Assembly (NCBI GenBank): GCA_004022145.1
Contig: RCNU01000019.1
Length of the DNA: 64,000 bases
Direction: 5' to 3' (one strand)
DNA from: Paecilomyces variotii
Lineage: Eukaryota
A model generated the notes under the pieces. It made no database searches. It was given only the letters and a program-made list of their open reading frames with translations, and was not told where the DNA came from. Of this stretch, positions 51,313 through 64,000 are shown in pieces. Each line of letters starts with the position of its first letter. Within the stretch, counting starts at the first letter, position 1. The translations under genes were made by a program, and so were the position numbers.

Positions 51313-52525
51313 GGAATATTCCTCTTTTCTAACTGCAGGACTATCTTCGTCGGGACTCGTTCTGGTTTCATTTGGGAACCACTTTCACATTACATACTAA
51401 TACACTGGGCAGCTTGAGTTTACCGACACTGGGATCGCTTCGAGAGTAAACAGCTCTTTGAGCATGTTTCACATTTCGTCACCGAATCTTGACCTTCCCC
51501 CGCGTCTACCCTATCGTTTAACGTGTTCTATGCTCTTATTTATATTTATATTTATTTATTTATTTTTTGCTGGCATGACACTCAATACTCCTACGACGTT
51601 ATTGACTCGGAAAAATTCGACAAGATCCTAGAATGTGTCCGCGCGCTACAGAAGTCTTTTCCAGCCGACTTTATCCTGGTTAGAGGCGCGACTGCAAAGG
51701 GCCTTCAGAAACGGCGTTCTGTAAATTTAGCTTTTCAAATATAATGCTTAACTATAACTTAGCTACTAAAAGAGCCTTAAGCTCAGCCACGGCGCGGTCA
51801 GGACTTCAGGAGATAAATATGGGATCAAGTTTCCTCCTAGATCTAGAGTCAAGCAAGCAAGCAACCTAGCTACTGGCTAGCAGGTTCATATTCATCCTGT
51901 TGCATCCGCGCCCTTTAGATTCGACATATTCATTTTCTCATTCATATCAGTATGTTCTCATTGAGGCTACCCTCGTGCAAGAGGTAAATACTATATAAGA
52001 TGCCTTGAGGCGCAAAAAGTGTTCACTTCTATATAGCTTGTCTCGAGAACACTAGAGAACTTCCCATCCATAGTAATGAAAGAGACATTTTTCTAAACCT
52101 GCGCGTTCTTTCTTTTCCTTGGTCTAGGAAGTGATCTTCGGATTATACAATTACACGACAAACGTTTGGAACTAACCCGTAAGGTGCAACTAGTTTCCAG
52201 TAATCAGTAACCTCTGACTTTTATATAATGCAGAGAAGATCAGATTGTTTGGCATTTTCAAAGTGATATCCAGTCGAATATGTCATTGTTTCTCCAGTAT
52301 AAAGCCCCGAAAACGCAAAAGTAATGAACTGTACATATATCAGAATGTACATGTTGATCAATAGGAGATTCTCTCAGTTAAACAGGCCTCGGTCTTGTAT
52401 TAGGTACACGTGAATACAAGATACACTCATCCCTCAGTCGTCCGTGGACATAACCTATCGGACTCTCTAGACAACTCAAAATCTCAGCTTGGTCGCCCTT
52501 GATCTGGCATAGCCTTATTGGAACA

Positions 52526-53722
52526 TCAAGTCGAAATAGTTGGCTGGGCTCCGACGGAAGAAGATGCCTGTTTGGCCTTCCAAGCTTCACTGCACACTAT
52601 CGCCAAGCTCAACACCAATTGTCCGAAGAACTTTACATGTTTGCTCGAATACATGTTGAATGGTCCATAGGACTTGAGCTTCAAGAAGCAGTCTTCCTGA
52701 TTGTCAACGACTCCCTCCGATATATACTTCGGATATCCTTGGCCGAAAGTCGCAACGGTCAAATACGTGTGCTCGCGGTGTCCCGAAATTGTGAAGTATC
52801 TAAGAATTGTTAGTATTTAGCGTCCGAGGACAGTTTAGCAGATAAAGTTTGCTGCAACTTACGGGTGATCCTCGCGGAAATCTTCCCTAATCATCCAACA
52901 TAATAGTTGAATGGCTATCTCCATCAGTGTCGAATCTGGCTTATCGGCCAACCTGAATGGCTTGACTTTCAACAAGGCATAGGTATCGTTATGCTCTCTT
53001 GGATGCAGCCGTCCATCGTTTTGTGCCGTAAGGTGTGCGTGTCCAACCTGGATATGGACAAGCCCCCGTGCACAACGCCAGTCAAGACCAACGTGCTGAC
53101 AGCTTTTCGTCAAGGCCACAACGAAATTAACCAGACCAATGTCAACAATTCCTTCGTCACCAGCAGGGATTATTCTTGAGAAATATGGGACTCTGTTGGA
53201 TTCACGTTCTGCTGGCGCTGAATCTTGCTCATCATTCGGGAGCAGTTGTGCTAGTAGTTGGCGATACCGTACGTTCCCAAATTCCCCTAATTCGCGAGAT
53301 TCCCCTGGTTCGGGGATCCTATCCTCAGTGTCCTTTATATCACGAAGATATACATTCCAATCCCCATATCCGATAAGCCAACGATTGGCTTCCCTACAAA
53401 TTTCCTGCGTCAGATGGAAGTCTGTGTAGTTTTCTGGGGCCTTGATATCTCTTGGATCATTCGCCATCTCTACCAGTGTTCTTGTCGTCAGGAAATGGGA
53501 GAATTGTATCTTTGATCCTGGATTCCAGCCGCTGAGATTCACAAGCGGCACATCAATGGCCTTTTCTCCCACGTGAAGGCTAGGAGCGTCGACAGGCTGC
53601 CTTCTGTCATATTGGTCTGAGGGTGGAGGCGCTTGTATGACTTCTCTCGCGGCTTTCTGCCTCCATTCAGCGGGGGTTTTTGGAAGACCGCAGGCCAGGG
53701 CGTTTTGACGACGGGAGTCCAT
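52526..53722 (-). CDS. Putative PD-(D/E)xK-like nuclease-fold protein, 2 exons (intron 52800-52862), ~377 aa
   Basis: Splicing joins both ORFs in frame (..DHP/YFTISGHREHTYLTVATF..FLKLKSYGPF). AQNDGRL..YALLKVKP..MEIAIQLLCW resembles a D..ExK nuclease core, with K in place of E. Confidence 0.65.
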
Positions 53723-53833
53723 ATTGTCCGAATTGCGCTTTTTGACTTTGGTGACGAAGGATGCGAGATAAAGGTTGCCTACCGAGAGACTGTCAGTATC
53801 AGTTCCAGTATAGAGAAACTAACCTTTCGGTAA

Positions 53834-54262
53834 CCCCAAGTCCCAAAAGGAACTCAGGAAGAGGGGAAAGGAGAAAAAGAGGCCCCAAGTCCCAAAAGGA
53901 ACTCAGGAAGAGAGGAGGAGAGGAGAAGAGGCCCCAAGTCCCAAAAGGAACTCAGGAAGAGAGGAGGAGAGAAGGAGAGGCCCTAAGTCCCAAAAGGAAC
54001 TCAGGAAAAGAGGAGGAAAAGAGAAGAGGAGAGGAGAAGAGAAGGAGAGGCCCCAAGTCCCAAAAGGAACTCAGGAAGAGAGGAAAGGAGAAGAAGAGGC
54101 CCTAAGTCCCAAAAGGAACTCAAGAAGAGTGGATGAGAGGAGGAGGAGATGGAGATGAGGAGAAGCCCCGAGTCCCAAAGGAACTCAGGAAGAGAAGAGG
54201 AGAGAAGGAGGAGGATATGGAGATGAGGAGAGGCCCCAAGTCCCAAGGGAACTCAGGAAGAG
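53834..54262. repeat. Minisatellite: 8 copies of a ~29-nt core with variable purine-rich spacers
   Basis: ccccaagtcccaaaaggaactcaggaaga at 53834, 53883, 53932, 53981, 54051, 54100, 54166 and 54234. Confidence 0.95.
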
Positions 54263-55160
54263 TGCAGAGGGGAAGAGAACAGAGGGGGCAATGAGTCTTG
54301 AGAAACCAGGATCACGAAGAGAAAAGAAACGTTCTCGACAATGATCAACAATGGTGACTAGAGAGACTCGAAGGACTGAAAATCAGGGAGTGGGTTGTGT
54401 TGATGGCGAGGAGGGCGAGGCGATTCGTACTCGCTAACGGATTCGCACCTTCCTCACCTACCCTCATCGACGCGTTCCTTCCTTACTTGTCTCAAACTGA
54501 GAGAGAAAAATGAACGTGTCTTTTAATCGTACTTTAACATGTTATTATTGTTATCGATTATTATTATCGACTAGCAGTAATCGCATACTATACTTCTTTA
54601 TCGTACAGGGTCAATACGTAGTTATACTTTACAATTAGAGAGTTGAGCATCGGTAGCTGTTTCTTTCAGTAAACTCATATGTGATTATTGGCTTCTATGA
54701 CAAAGGACACAGGAATGAAATATCAAATCCTCAAGGTATATAGGCGAACAGTCATATTGAATGATGTCGAAGATGGCTCGTTGCTTGCGCAGATTTTGAG
54801 TCTGAGCAGACTGTGATCATGTCTTTGATACTTAGCTATCCCGGAAGTACGTCAGTCCACAGTACAGTATATATCCTAATAGCGATTACAAAAATGGGGG
54901 TTGATTTTCTTCCCCTGAAAAGAGCATTTCGTCATCCGGAAATCGATAATCTGCTTGTGCTGGGAATCCTCGAGGGAAATTACGGTAGGAGGCTGCAAGA
55001 CTTTTGACAATGCAGCGTCTACCGCACTGCTTCATCAGGGAACATTGGCTCCCTAGGGAACTGAGTAGGTTCTCTCCTGTAACCAGAGTAATCAAGATCA
55101 TCAAACAGCTATTAGATGTCCCAATAAATTCACCTTCCGGTAAAGGTAGCAATCAGCCCT

Positions 55161-56358
55161 CTATGAAATGCTCGTACACTTCTTTATCGGTGCTCTTTCG
55201 GATCGCAGTGCAGAAGGCACCGGTTCCACTGTGGCTACCTCATTTCGCCTAACATGTAGAGCGCCCATATGCTTTACAAGGTGTTCGGGGTTCACATTCT
55301 CTTCTCCAGCGGCAGTAACTGACATTGTATCTCCACACGGCACTGGGTTACACAATCTGATGACCGTTTCGAAAAGATCTGGAAATTGGCGCCCATCCAA
55401 ATTCTCGAAGTTGCTTAATTGTATCTTCACTTTTCCATCAAAATAACACTGTATGAATCGACAATGGGCTGGCTCAACAACTGAGAAAGCTAGTACCTAT
55501 TACACTTCTGGTTAGGACTCTGAAAAATAGCTGAAATATGAAGATAAAGGTTAACGAACAGGGAATATTAGCTGCAAAGCAGAGCTATCAGGCCATTTGA
55601 CTTTGTTGAGGGATTCAATATCAGCAAAGAGCTGTCGTGTCATTTCCGACAGCATATATCGGAGGATCTGAAAGGCCTCTGTTGCTGCAAGCTTTCCTTC
55701 TTGTGCACTGCAAGAAGTATTCATGAACAGCATAAGATGTGGCTTTTTCTTTCCCACAACTTGGTGAGCTATCGTGTTTTCCCAGAGATCATGCTTATAA
55801 TGGAGGCCCACTCGCTTCATAAAACAGTCCTTCCTGGATGGGAATACGATATTAGCGTCTTTTGCTATTTATAGTGGAAAAAAATAACAACAAAGGACAG
55901 GCCATCTTCAAAACTTACTGCACAGGCTCCCATTGGCATACATTGTGGTTCTTCTCACGCAGTGGGTGCAAACGTTTCTCGAGAACGCTCAAAACTGCAG
56001 CCGCCCGTTCAGTCTGATAACCATCACTGCCTGGACTCTCAAATAAAGGGTCGAAACCGATCTTATCGAGTTCATCGTTCAGGCTAACCGGGGGCTCTTT
56101 GGTGTCCTTCAACGTCCAGTTACTGTTCTGGGTAGGTTTGAAAAACTGCGGGGCGCCCGAGGGAACACCAGTCCTGAAATCCATCTGAGATAGCTCAATT
56201 CCCAGCGCGTCTAAGTCTTTTTGGTTGAGATAGTGGGAAAGTTTGTAGATGTTTTCGGTACGCTCAGCAAGATAAATGACTTTTTTTCTCAGCGCAACAA
56301 TCCATTTCGTATAGAGCTTTTCTTCTGCAGTTTGTGGGTTCAGGGGTACTTTGGGCAT
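55161..56358 (-). CDS. Uncharacterised fungal protein, 3 exons (introns 55834-55918 and 55497-55559), ~349 aa
   Basis: GT-AG splicing joins three ORFs in frame. The motif KPHL..GKL..TE..I..M..FPVLAFSVV.P.H.RFIQCYFDG is one I recall from expanded Eurotiales families; function unknown. Confidence 0.7.
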
Positions 56359-56765
56359 TGTGAGCGGTATTTTGTGGTAAGAAGTAGGGAGTTCAGCGGT
56401 GATGGTAAGTGAAGAATATTATGGAAGACAGATTGTCCGTGTGAAGAGATTGAGAAAGAAATGAAATGGATGTGTTGGAGAATACGAAATGCTGGAGGTC
56501 GAGAGTTGAACTGGTACGGGTTGGTTGACTTGCAGCCTGGTACAAGAACCACGGTACCATTCAGGCAGTACGGCACTCTCCACTTTGAGTTAAATAGCAT
56601 TGAGATTCACTTCTATAGTACAGCGGGCGGCATTTGAGTTAAAAACACTACTTATTCTTGCTCAAGAGGCGTGGCATAATATTATTATTACTGATTCTCT
56701 GATTCTTCGGTGAGAAGAGAAAAGACCATTCAGGATACATCCATAGAACTCTCCTCTTTTACTTT

Positions 56766-56990
56766 TCAGGCCTTGCTGCATTCGATACTTAGTCCAAGTG
56801 CCACTCTTCCGAGCTCTATGACATGTCTTTTGTTAAACACGTCGAATGGCCCGTAACATCTCAATTTGAGAAAGCATTTCGTCTCGTCGTCAACTACTCC
56901 TTCTCGGATGTATGCGGGATAGCCCTCACTGACCGTTGCTATCGTGAGGTACACCCGGTCTCGATGGCCTGAAAGCATGAAATAACTAGA
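56766..56990 (-). pseudogene. Orphan last exon paralogous to 52526-52799
   Basis: YFMLSGHRDRVYLTIATVSEGYPAYIREGVVDDETKCFLKLRCYGPF versus YFTISGHREHTYLTVATFGQGYPKYISEGVVDNQEDCFLKLKSYGPF; same splice-acceptor position. Confidence 0.85.
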
Positions 56991-57139
56991 TTATGTTAGT
57001 ATTTCCTTTTTGACTAGGTCAATAGGGAGAGATGAATAAACCGGAAATATCACATGGATATCAGAGTCACCGTACCATACGAACTTAGTTTGCGACCTAT
57101 TCACGACCTGCAATTTCATGGCATGTCGGATATGGCTAA

Positions 57140-57330
57140 GAATTTCGAGAATCACAATTTGGACTCCGTGTTTCTATTCATCCAGAGATTCTTATCTCTA
57201 AGTAAGTTCGGATGCGGTTCGCTCCATCCAGATTCAATCACAACTCTAGGGAATTGAGCTGAGTCGGGACGCATAAACCAATCTGGTTCTTTGGCGGAAC
57301 CGGCATAGATCCCTGTAAAATTTTCAACCT
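57140..57330 (-). pseudogene. Fragment of a Uma2-like/PD-(D/E)xK fungal protein
   Basis: Minus strand reads FTGIYAGSAKEPDWFMRPDSAQFPRVVIESGWSEPHPNLLRDKNLWM, then a frameshift. Confidence 0.65.
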
Positions 57331-58105
57331 CTAGAACGTATTATTAGTGCGTAAGCTTCAGTAAGTTGGAGAAGGGAATATACTAGTGCCAGATCCTTCA
57401 GCAAGTAAGAGAGCCTCCTGTTGGTTCAAAAGACTATTGGTGCCCCAGTGACCCTAGGTAATGTGTCGGCGTACAAAGCGAACGCCAGGTGATCGATCTG
57501 TCTGGAAATCCGTTTGCGGGATTCTTTGAATCCTGATTATAAGTGATCACTAGATTACTAGGATCTAGATTCTTTGTATGCTAGAGACAAAAAAGGGTCA
57601 AATCCCCCTCTAGACCTAGAAGTAAGCAAATAATTCAAGTCGTTTAGGTCAGACCTTGCTTCCGTGCTAAGTAAAGGATTCGACATAATGTGTATCGAAC
57701 GAAAGATCCAGTTGTCTGTGTAAAGAGATTCATCGATAGTAAGTACGGTGACTGTGCTGAATTGAATATTAGAAGAGAAGTGATGTCAGTCACATAGTTT
57801 AGGTAACTTTCATCTTGGTAAAAAAGCCACGGTACTATTCAGGCCGCACTCTGCGTTGAGATTCACTTTCCAGTATATGCCACGATGGAAATATAGATCG
57901 GAGAACAGTTTCCTTCCCCAGACCCTCGAGCCAATTGCCGACAACGGCTATTGAAATTGCGAAAGTGCGGGGAACCCTTTTTATCTCTAAGTACTGAGTC
58001 TACTCTGATATAACCGTTCTATGAACACATAAACTTCCCATTTTTCTCCTTTTTTTTTTAATTGGGAACAAACTTATCTGACGATATATTCACTGTTTCA
58101 TCAAC

Positions 58106-58701
58106 ATGATCACTGCCCTCGCACACGTTAACCTCCTCGTTCCGCCGGGGACACTCGACCAGGCGAACGAGTTCTATGCGGGGACGCTGGGCCTCATCTC
58201 CACTCCGGTTCCGCAGTTGCAGAAGGGCACTTTGGCGTGGTATGTACATATATACATACATCCAATATTCAATGCATCTATCTACAATTAGTTATACATG
58301 AAAACACAGTATCAACTAATCCACACCAGGTTCAACATCGTTCCCGACGGCAGCCAACAAGTCCACATCGCGTTCGGGACCAACGAGCCCAATTCTTCGC
58401 GCCATCCATGCTTTCGAGTCGGTTCATTAGAGGCTTTGCAGCAGTTGCAGAAGAGAGTTTGGGAGCATCATGTTCGTGGTGGATCAGCGGCTCCTTTGGC
58501 GGTTGATAAGCCTGGGGAGAAGAATTCAGGTTTGTTCTCTCCCTTCCCTCTCTGTCTCTTTTCTACATGCCTTATTTGCAGTAGCTACTTATAGGAGGAT
58601 TTTATTAATATGAGGGAAATGTAGGCGCACAGGGAGTAGAGTACCCGACGAGGTTCTTCGCGAGGGATTACGCTGGAAATAGGCTTGAATTTACCTTATA
58701 G
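58106..58701 (+). CDS. Glyoxalase/VOC-fold protein, 3 exons
   Basis: MITALAHVNLLVP..FYAGTLGL, QQVHIAF..RHPCF, RFFARDYAGNRLEFTL*. Confidence 0.88.
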
Positions 58702-58970
58702 ATTAAATCGGTCATATATTTTTATCTACTCATGAATAGGCAGATGGTATTTGCATGGATGCGCAGTTTAGAGGTTTATTATCGTGTTCTATCGTACATC
58801 GAGCGCAGCTGCATGCACGCGCTACTATTACCCCGAAATGGATGGCACATGGACTGACTGACTGAATGTATGCATATCATTATATTGGGTATCCACTAGG
58901 ATGATCTGACGAGGTCCCTGACCTACATGCAATGCAACTATTAATAAAAAAGAGAAAGAGAAAAAAAGAA

Positions 58971-60631
58971 TCATTCAATCATCCCATCTCCATTAGTTTC
59001 TGCGCCCTTATCCGGCTCCGCCACACTGGCGGGCATGCTGCTGCTGTTGTTTTCTTCTTCTCCCACACCGTTTATTTTGGCTTCCGGAGCCTCATTTTCA
59101 TTCTCTCCTTCGTCTTCGGGGAATTCCTCCCAGATCCTCACGGTCCGGTCCAGCCCGCAGCTCACCATGAGTCTCTTGTCCCCGATGCAGCAAGTGTCCA
59201 CGCCCAGGACCACGTCGGTGTGTGCCTCAATCCGTTGTAGAACCTTTTTGCTCACGACGTCCCAGCAGAGGATGGCACCGTCCTCGCTTCCACTGACGGC
59301 AAATGCCTCTGGCTTGCCGCCCGGCGCACCGTAGATCCCGAATCCGCCGCAGAGACCATATTTCAGGTTGACATGGCCTTGATATGTCTTGATGCACCTG
59401 CCCTCCACGTAGTTCCACAGTCGTACACAGTTGTCCAGAGTCCAGGCTAGCACGAACTTCCCGTTAGGCGAAAACTTTACCGACATGACCGGTGGATTAT
59501 CCTCGTGGACGATCGTGCGAAGACACTGCCCCGTAGCCGTATCCCATATTCGGATCAATCCATCACTCGCACAGGATGCGATCAGCGTGCCATCGCGGAC
59601 GACGTCGATTCCGCCAACGGGATCCGAATGCGCAGGGAGCGACCGCATCACACTGGCGGACCGGACATCCCAGAGAAAAACCGCTTCATCGTAGGAGCCG
59701 CTGACTAGCATGTTACCCTTGGGAGAGAAGGCAATGGCATAGACGTAGTTGTGGTGGCCGACAAAAGGGATCGGATGTGCTTTCCCCTGCGCAACTCAAT
59801 CAGCATATGTGCGGACACTACCCTCAGCGCGACTTACCGTCAGCACATTCCATAGACGGATGGTCTTGTCATCTGATCCCGAAGCAATAATCTCTCCATC
59901 TGGACTCCAGGAAATGGTGGAAATTCCTGCCAGGTGGCCTTCGAATGTATGTATGAGCTTTCCAGACAGTGTATCCCAAACCTTAACCGCCGCATCGGCG
60001 CCTGTAATGAATGATATTAGACACAACCCTGCGACATAAGAAAAGCGATTAATGTCTTACCGCCGCTTGCAATCATCGATCCATCTGGTGAGAATTTGGC
60101 CGCTGAGACTCCGCGCAGGTGCCCCTTCAGTATGGATCTCACCCGGTAATTCAGGCGCTCAGGTTTTGGCGGAGGTGGGGGAGGTAATGGCGACGGTGTC
60201 CGCACGGCGGGCTGTATGTTTCGATCTTCTGCTCCAGGTTCCTCCTGTCGCTCGTCGTATTCCTCCGATTGCTGCTCTGACTTTTCTTCTGGCGGTCCTG
60301 AACCTCCTGCCCTGTCATCATGCGATGGACTGCGCCCGCGACTGCGGCTGCGGGAACCGCTGCGGCTTCTGGAGCGCCGTCTCTTGCTCTCCCTCCAGTA
60401 TGTACCAGCATCGACGGCGAGCTCGTCTGAACTCCCGGAATCACTCAGACGAGGCGATCGCTGATATGACCGTCTCGACTTATAAGCCTTCTGAGCGGAC
60501 CAGCTGGCCCTTCGGCGGTCCATCTCGTGATCGGAGACGGCGGCCAGCTCGTCGGATGAGGAATCGTTCACCGGGTCGACGTAGCCATTATCGGTGCGAC
60601 GGCGCTTCGAGGTATAGATACGCACCTCCAT
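58971..60631 (-). CDS. swd3: WD40 protein, WDR5/Swd3-like COMPASS subunit; introns ~60002-60060 and ~59787-59837
   Basis: WD repeats with WDR5-type text [40 protein letters not shown]-rich N-terminal extension. Confidence 0.85.
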
Positions 60632-60962
60632 TGGGAATATCCGGGCCCTTCCACGCGGTCACTCGAGGCCACAGACGAGAGAATCAGTGACTATCCTGGA
60701 CGCATGCGAAGGCTTTCCCAGATGGACGCGATGCCCGCCGGCCCTGGTGAAATTTCGCGTTGGCCAATCGGGAAGTTGCAACCTCAAGGCGGTGAGACCC
60801 CCGGATCTTCCCTGATCGGCCGGAGTTCAACTTCAAGGAGAATCAACAAGATCGCATCGTCGTTCTGTCGTCCATTTATTCTACGAAGCATAGATGATAT
60901 TCTGAATTTATTTCCCGTCATCTACACTTCCATAGCCTGCAATATTAGACCCGCTGGCAACA

Positions 60963-62432
60963 ATGACCACCACGGGCGAGTCACCCCCAGCCCGCATCCG
61001 CATCCTCACCCTCAACTGCTGGGGTCTGAAGTATCTCGCCAAATATCGTAATGAGCGTCTCTCAGAAATTGGCCGCCAACTAGCCATCGCAGAAGACCCT
61101 CCCGAAATCGTTGGCCTTCAGGAGTGCTGGACGCAAGAAGACTACAAGAGCATTCGCAAACAGACAAAACACATCCTCCCGTACGGCAAGTTCTACTTCA
61201 GCGGCATCTTCGGCGGTGGGTTAGCCATTCTGTCGAAATGGCCCATCGAGGACAGCACCATGTACGCTTATCCACTGAATGGTCGTCCGACGGCCTTTTT
61301 CCGTGGCGACTGGTTCGTCGGGAAGGGCGTCGCGTGTGCGCGTGTACGCTTCGGGCCGGGTAATGAAGACGTTGCGGAGGTGTTCTGTACTCATCTCCAT
61401 GCGCCGTATGAGAGAGAACCAAATGATTCGTATATCTGCCATCGGACAGCGCAGGCGTGGGAGATCGCGAAGTTGATGCGGGGAGCGGCGGAGCGGGGTC
61501 ATCTCGTTATCGGACTGGGAGATTTCAACATGGTGCCAGCATCCTTTGCGCATCGACTGATCACGACTCACGCCCCCGTTAAGGATGCATGGCAGGTCCT
61601 GCATCCGGATTCTTCAGTTGGAGCTGCCATAGACATGGAGGAGAGGAAACGGAACCGCCCAATTCCCACTGCGGAATACAACCTACTCGAGAACGGAGCA
61701 ACGTGCGACGGAGCATTCAACACCTGGCGATGGCCCAAGGATAGGAGGAAACGGCTGGAAAAGGGAGAAGATTACACGGTAGACCCTCAGGTCGAGGATC
61801 CCAAAGCAAAGAGACTGGACTATATCTTCGTCGGAGACGGCGGGTATCCTCCCTCCTTCCCACCATCCAGATGGAAGGTCGAATCCGTCAAACTCTCCAT
61901 GACAGAGCGTCATCCGACTCTGAAGTGCTCGCTGAGCGACCACTTCGCCGTCGAGGCCGTCATCACACGAGATGCCACAGCAGAAACAACCACGCAGCCA
62001 CCTCCCTCATCCACCGCCCCAGAAACAGAACCGTATCACCTCAGCCCAACCCCATCGTCTACTACGCAGCGCCCCAATCTCTTCCTCGCCCCCGAAACCT
62101 ACGACGCTATCCTCGCCATGATCGCCAAATACGTCCGGCGTGAACGCTCCCAGCGTCGCTGGCGTCTGGCTCATTTCCTTGTTGCCCTTATCGTCTCCAT
62201 TGGCTGCTTCGTCGCTGTCTGGTGGACAGGAGGGATCATCTACGTCGCGTTCATCCTCACATTCGTCAGCACACTGAGTTTCGCAGCTGGTGTGTTGGAC
62301 GGGTTGATTGGGGGATTATTTGTGTCGAGTGAGCTCAGAGCTCTGAAGGAGTTTGAGTGGGAGGTGAGAAATGCGAAGAGGCTAGCACTAGGTGGGAGTG
62401 TGGGAGATGAGACGGAGGAGTGGAAGATATGA
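60963..62432 (+). CDS. isc1: Inositol phosphosphingolipid phospholipase C / neutral sphingomyelinase
   Basis: EEP motifs LTLNCWG, GLQECW, GDWFVGKG, THLHAPY, GDFN, RLDYIF and SDHFAV; two C-terminal TM helices. Confidence 0.92.
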   Translation: MTTTGESPPARIRILTLNCWGLKYLAKYRNERLSEIGRQLAIAEDPPEIVGLQECWTQEDYKSIRKQTKHILPYGKFYFSGIFGGGLAILSKWPIEDSTMYAYPLNGRPTAFFRGDWFVGKGVACARVRFGPGNEDVAEVFCTHLHAPYEREPNDSYICHRTAQAWEIAKLMRGAAERGHLVIGLGDFNMVPASFAHRLITTHAPVKDAWQVLHPDSSVGAAIDMEERKRNRPIPTAEYNLLENGATCDGAFNTWRWPKDRRKRLEKGEDYTVDPQVEDPKAKRLDYIFVGDGGYPPSFPPSRWKVESVKLSMTERHPTLKCSLSDHFAVEAVITRDATAETTTQPPPSSTAPETEPYHLSPTPSSTTQRPNLFLAPETYDAILAMIAKYVRRERSQRRWRLAHFLVALIVSIGCFVAVWWTGGIIYVAFILTFVSTLSFAAGVLDGLIGGLFVSSELRALKEFEWEVRNAKRLALGGSVGDETEEWKI

Positions 62433-62947
62433 ATTGTGAATGAATCGGGTAATAATAATAATAGCCCGAGACCAACCAAGTCTATCTTGTCTGATCAGAA
62501 CATAGAAAAAGACAAGTATGGCATTATAATGTCTATAATAATAATGAGGGTTGTCCTCGATTTTTTTTTTCTTTTCAACGGTTATTATATTTACTAATTA
62601 CTCCTATGATAGAAAGGAAGGAAAGAATAGAATACTTATAGATCCGACTTTGATGATATATAAGTGACCACTTCAATGAGCGTTGCGTTTCATTTCATTT
62701 CATTTCACTAGAAGCTAACTAGCGAGAGAGTGTACCCCAGGGCTCTTGCCCTCTTGTACAGTACATAGGTACGTACTTGATTTCAATTCATTCCACCACC
62801 AAAGGAAGGCCATCGCCAATCAGGTCAATAATAACATCGTATTCGTGAAATTCATTTGCGATTTCTCGGAAATGACAGACAGACAGAGAGACAGGAATCA
62901 TCGAGGAGAATAAATCCCTACGGACAAGCGCGCGACAAGTGACGAAT

Positions 62948-64000
<1,053 letters not shown>

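Noticed and set aside
53761-54246. ORFs of 114 aa (+) and 81 aa (-)
   Set aside because: They are translations of the minisatellite.
53834-54262. CRISPR-like repeat-spacer array
   Set aside because: Eukaryotic context, no cas genes, a non-palindromic repeat, and spacers that are low-complexity A/G variants of each other. It is a minisatellite.

Overview
Filamentous ascomycete DNA (Eurotiales/Aspergillus-like, judged from GT-AG introns with CTRAC branch sites and the gene content), in four zones. (1) 1-~9100 is an extremely AT-rich, RIP-mutated Ty3/Gypsy retrotransposon with decodable PR-RT-RH-INT motifs, a ~4 kb unexplained region after pol, a nested 495-bp hAT-type element with an 8-bp TSD, and a 339-bp 3' LTR. 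(2) 9484-25461 holds conserved housekeeping genes: nab2, hem14, PYM-like, qcr9, ubr1 and a RED-like gene. (3) ~26000-57500 is a gene-sparse accessory island. It contains a locally expanded family built from an unrecognised ~180-aa N-terminal domain, an Upf1/Dna2-like SF1 helicase and an RRRSxSPT-YR + coiled-coil tail, in truncated, helicase-less, tail-only and pseudogenised versions. It also carries a His-Cys-box endonuclease relic abutting a SNF2 fragment, several PD-(D/E)xK-like genes, tandem and dispersed repeats, and one GH128 gene. (4) 58106-64000 returns to conserved genes: a glyoxalase-like gene, swd3/WDR5, isc1 and thi4. All calls are by eye from motifs; no database search was run.
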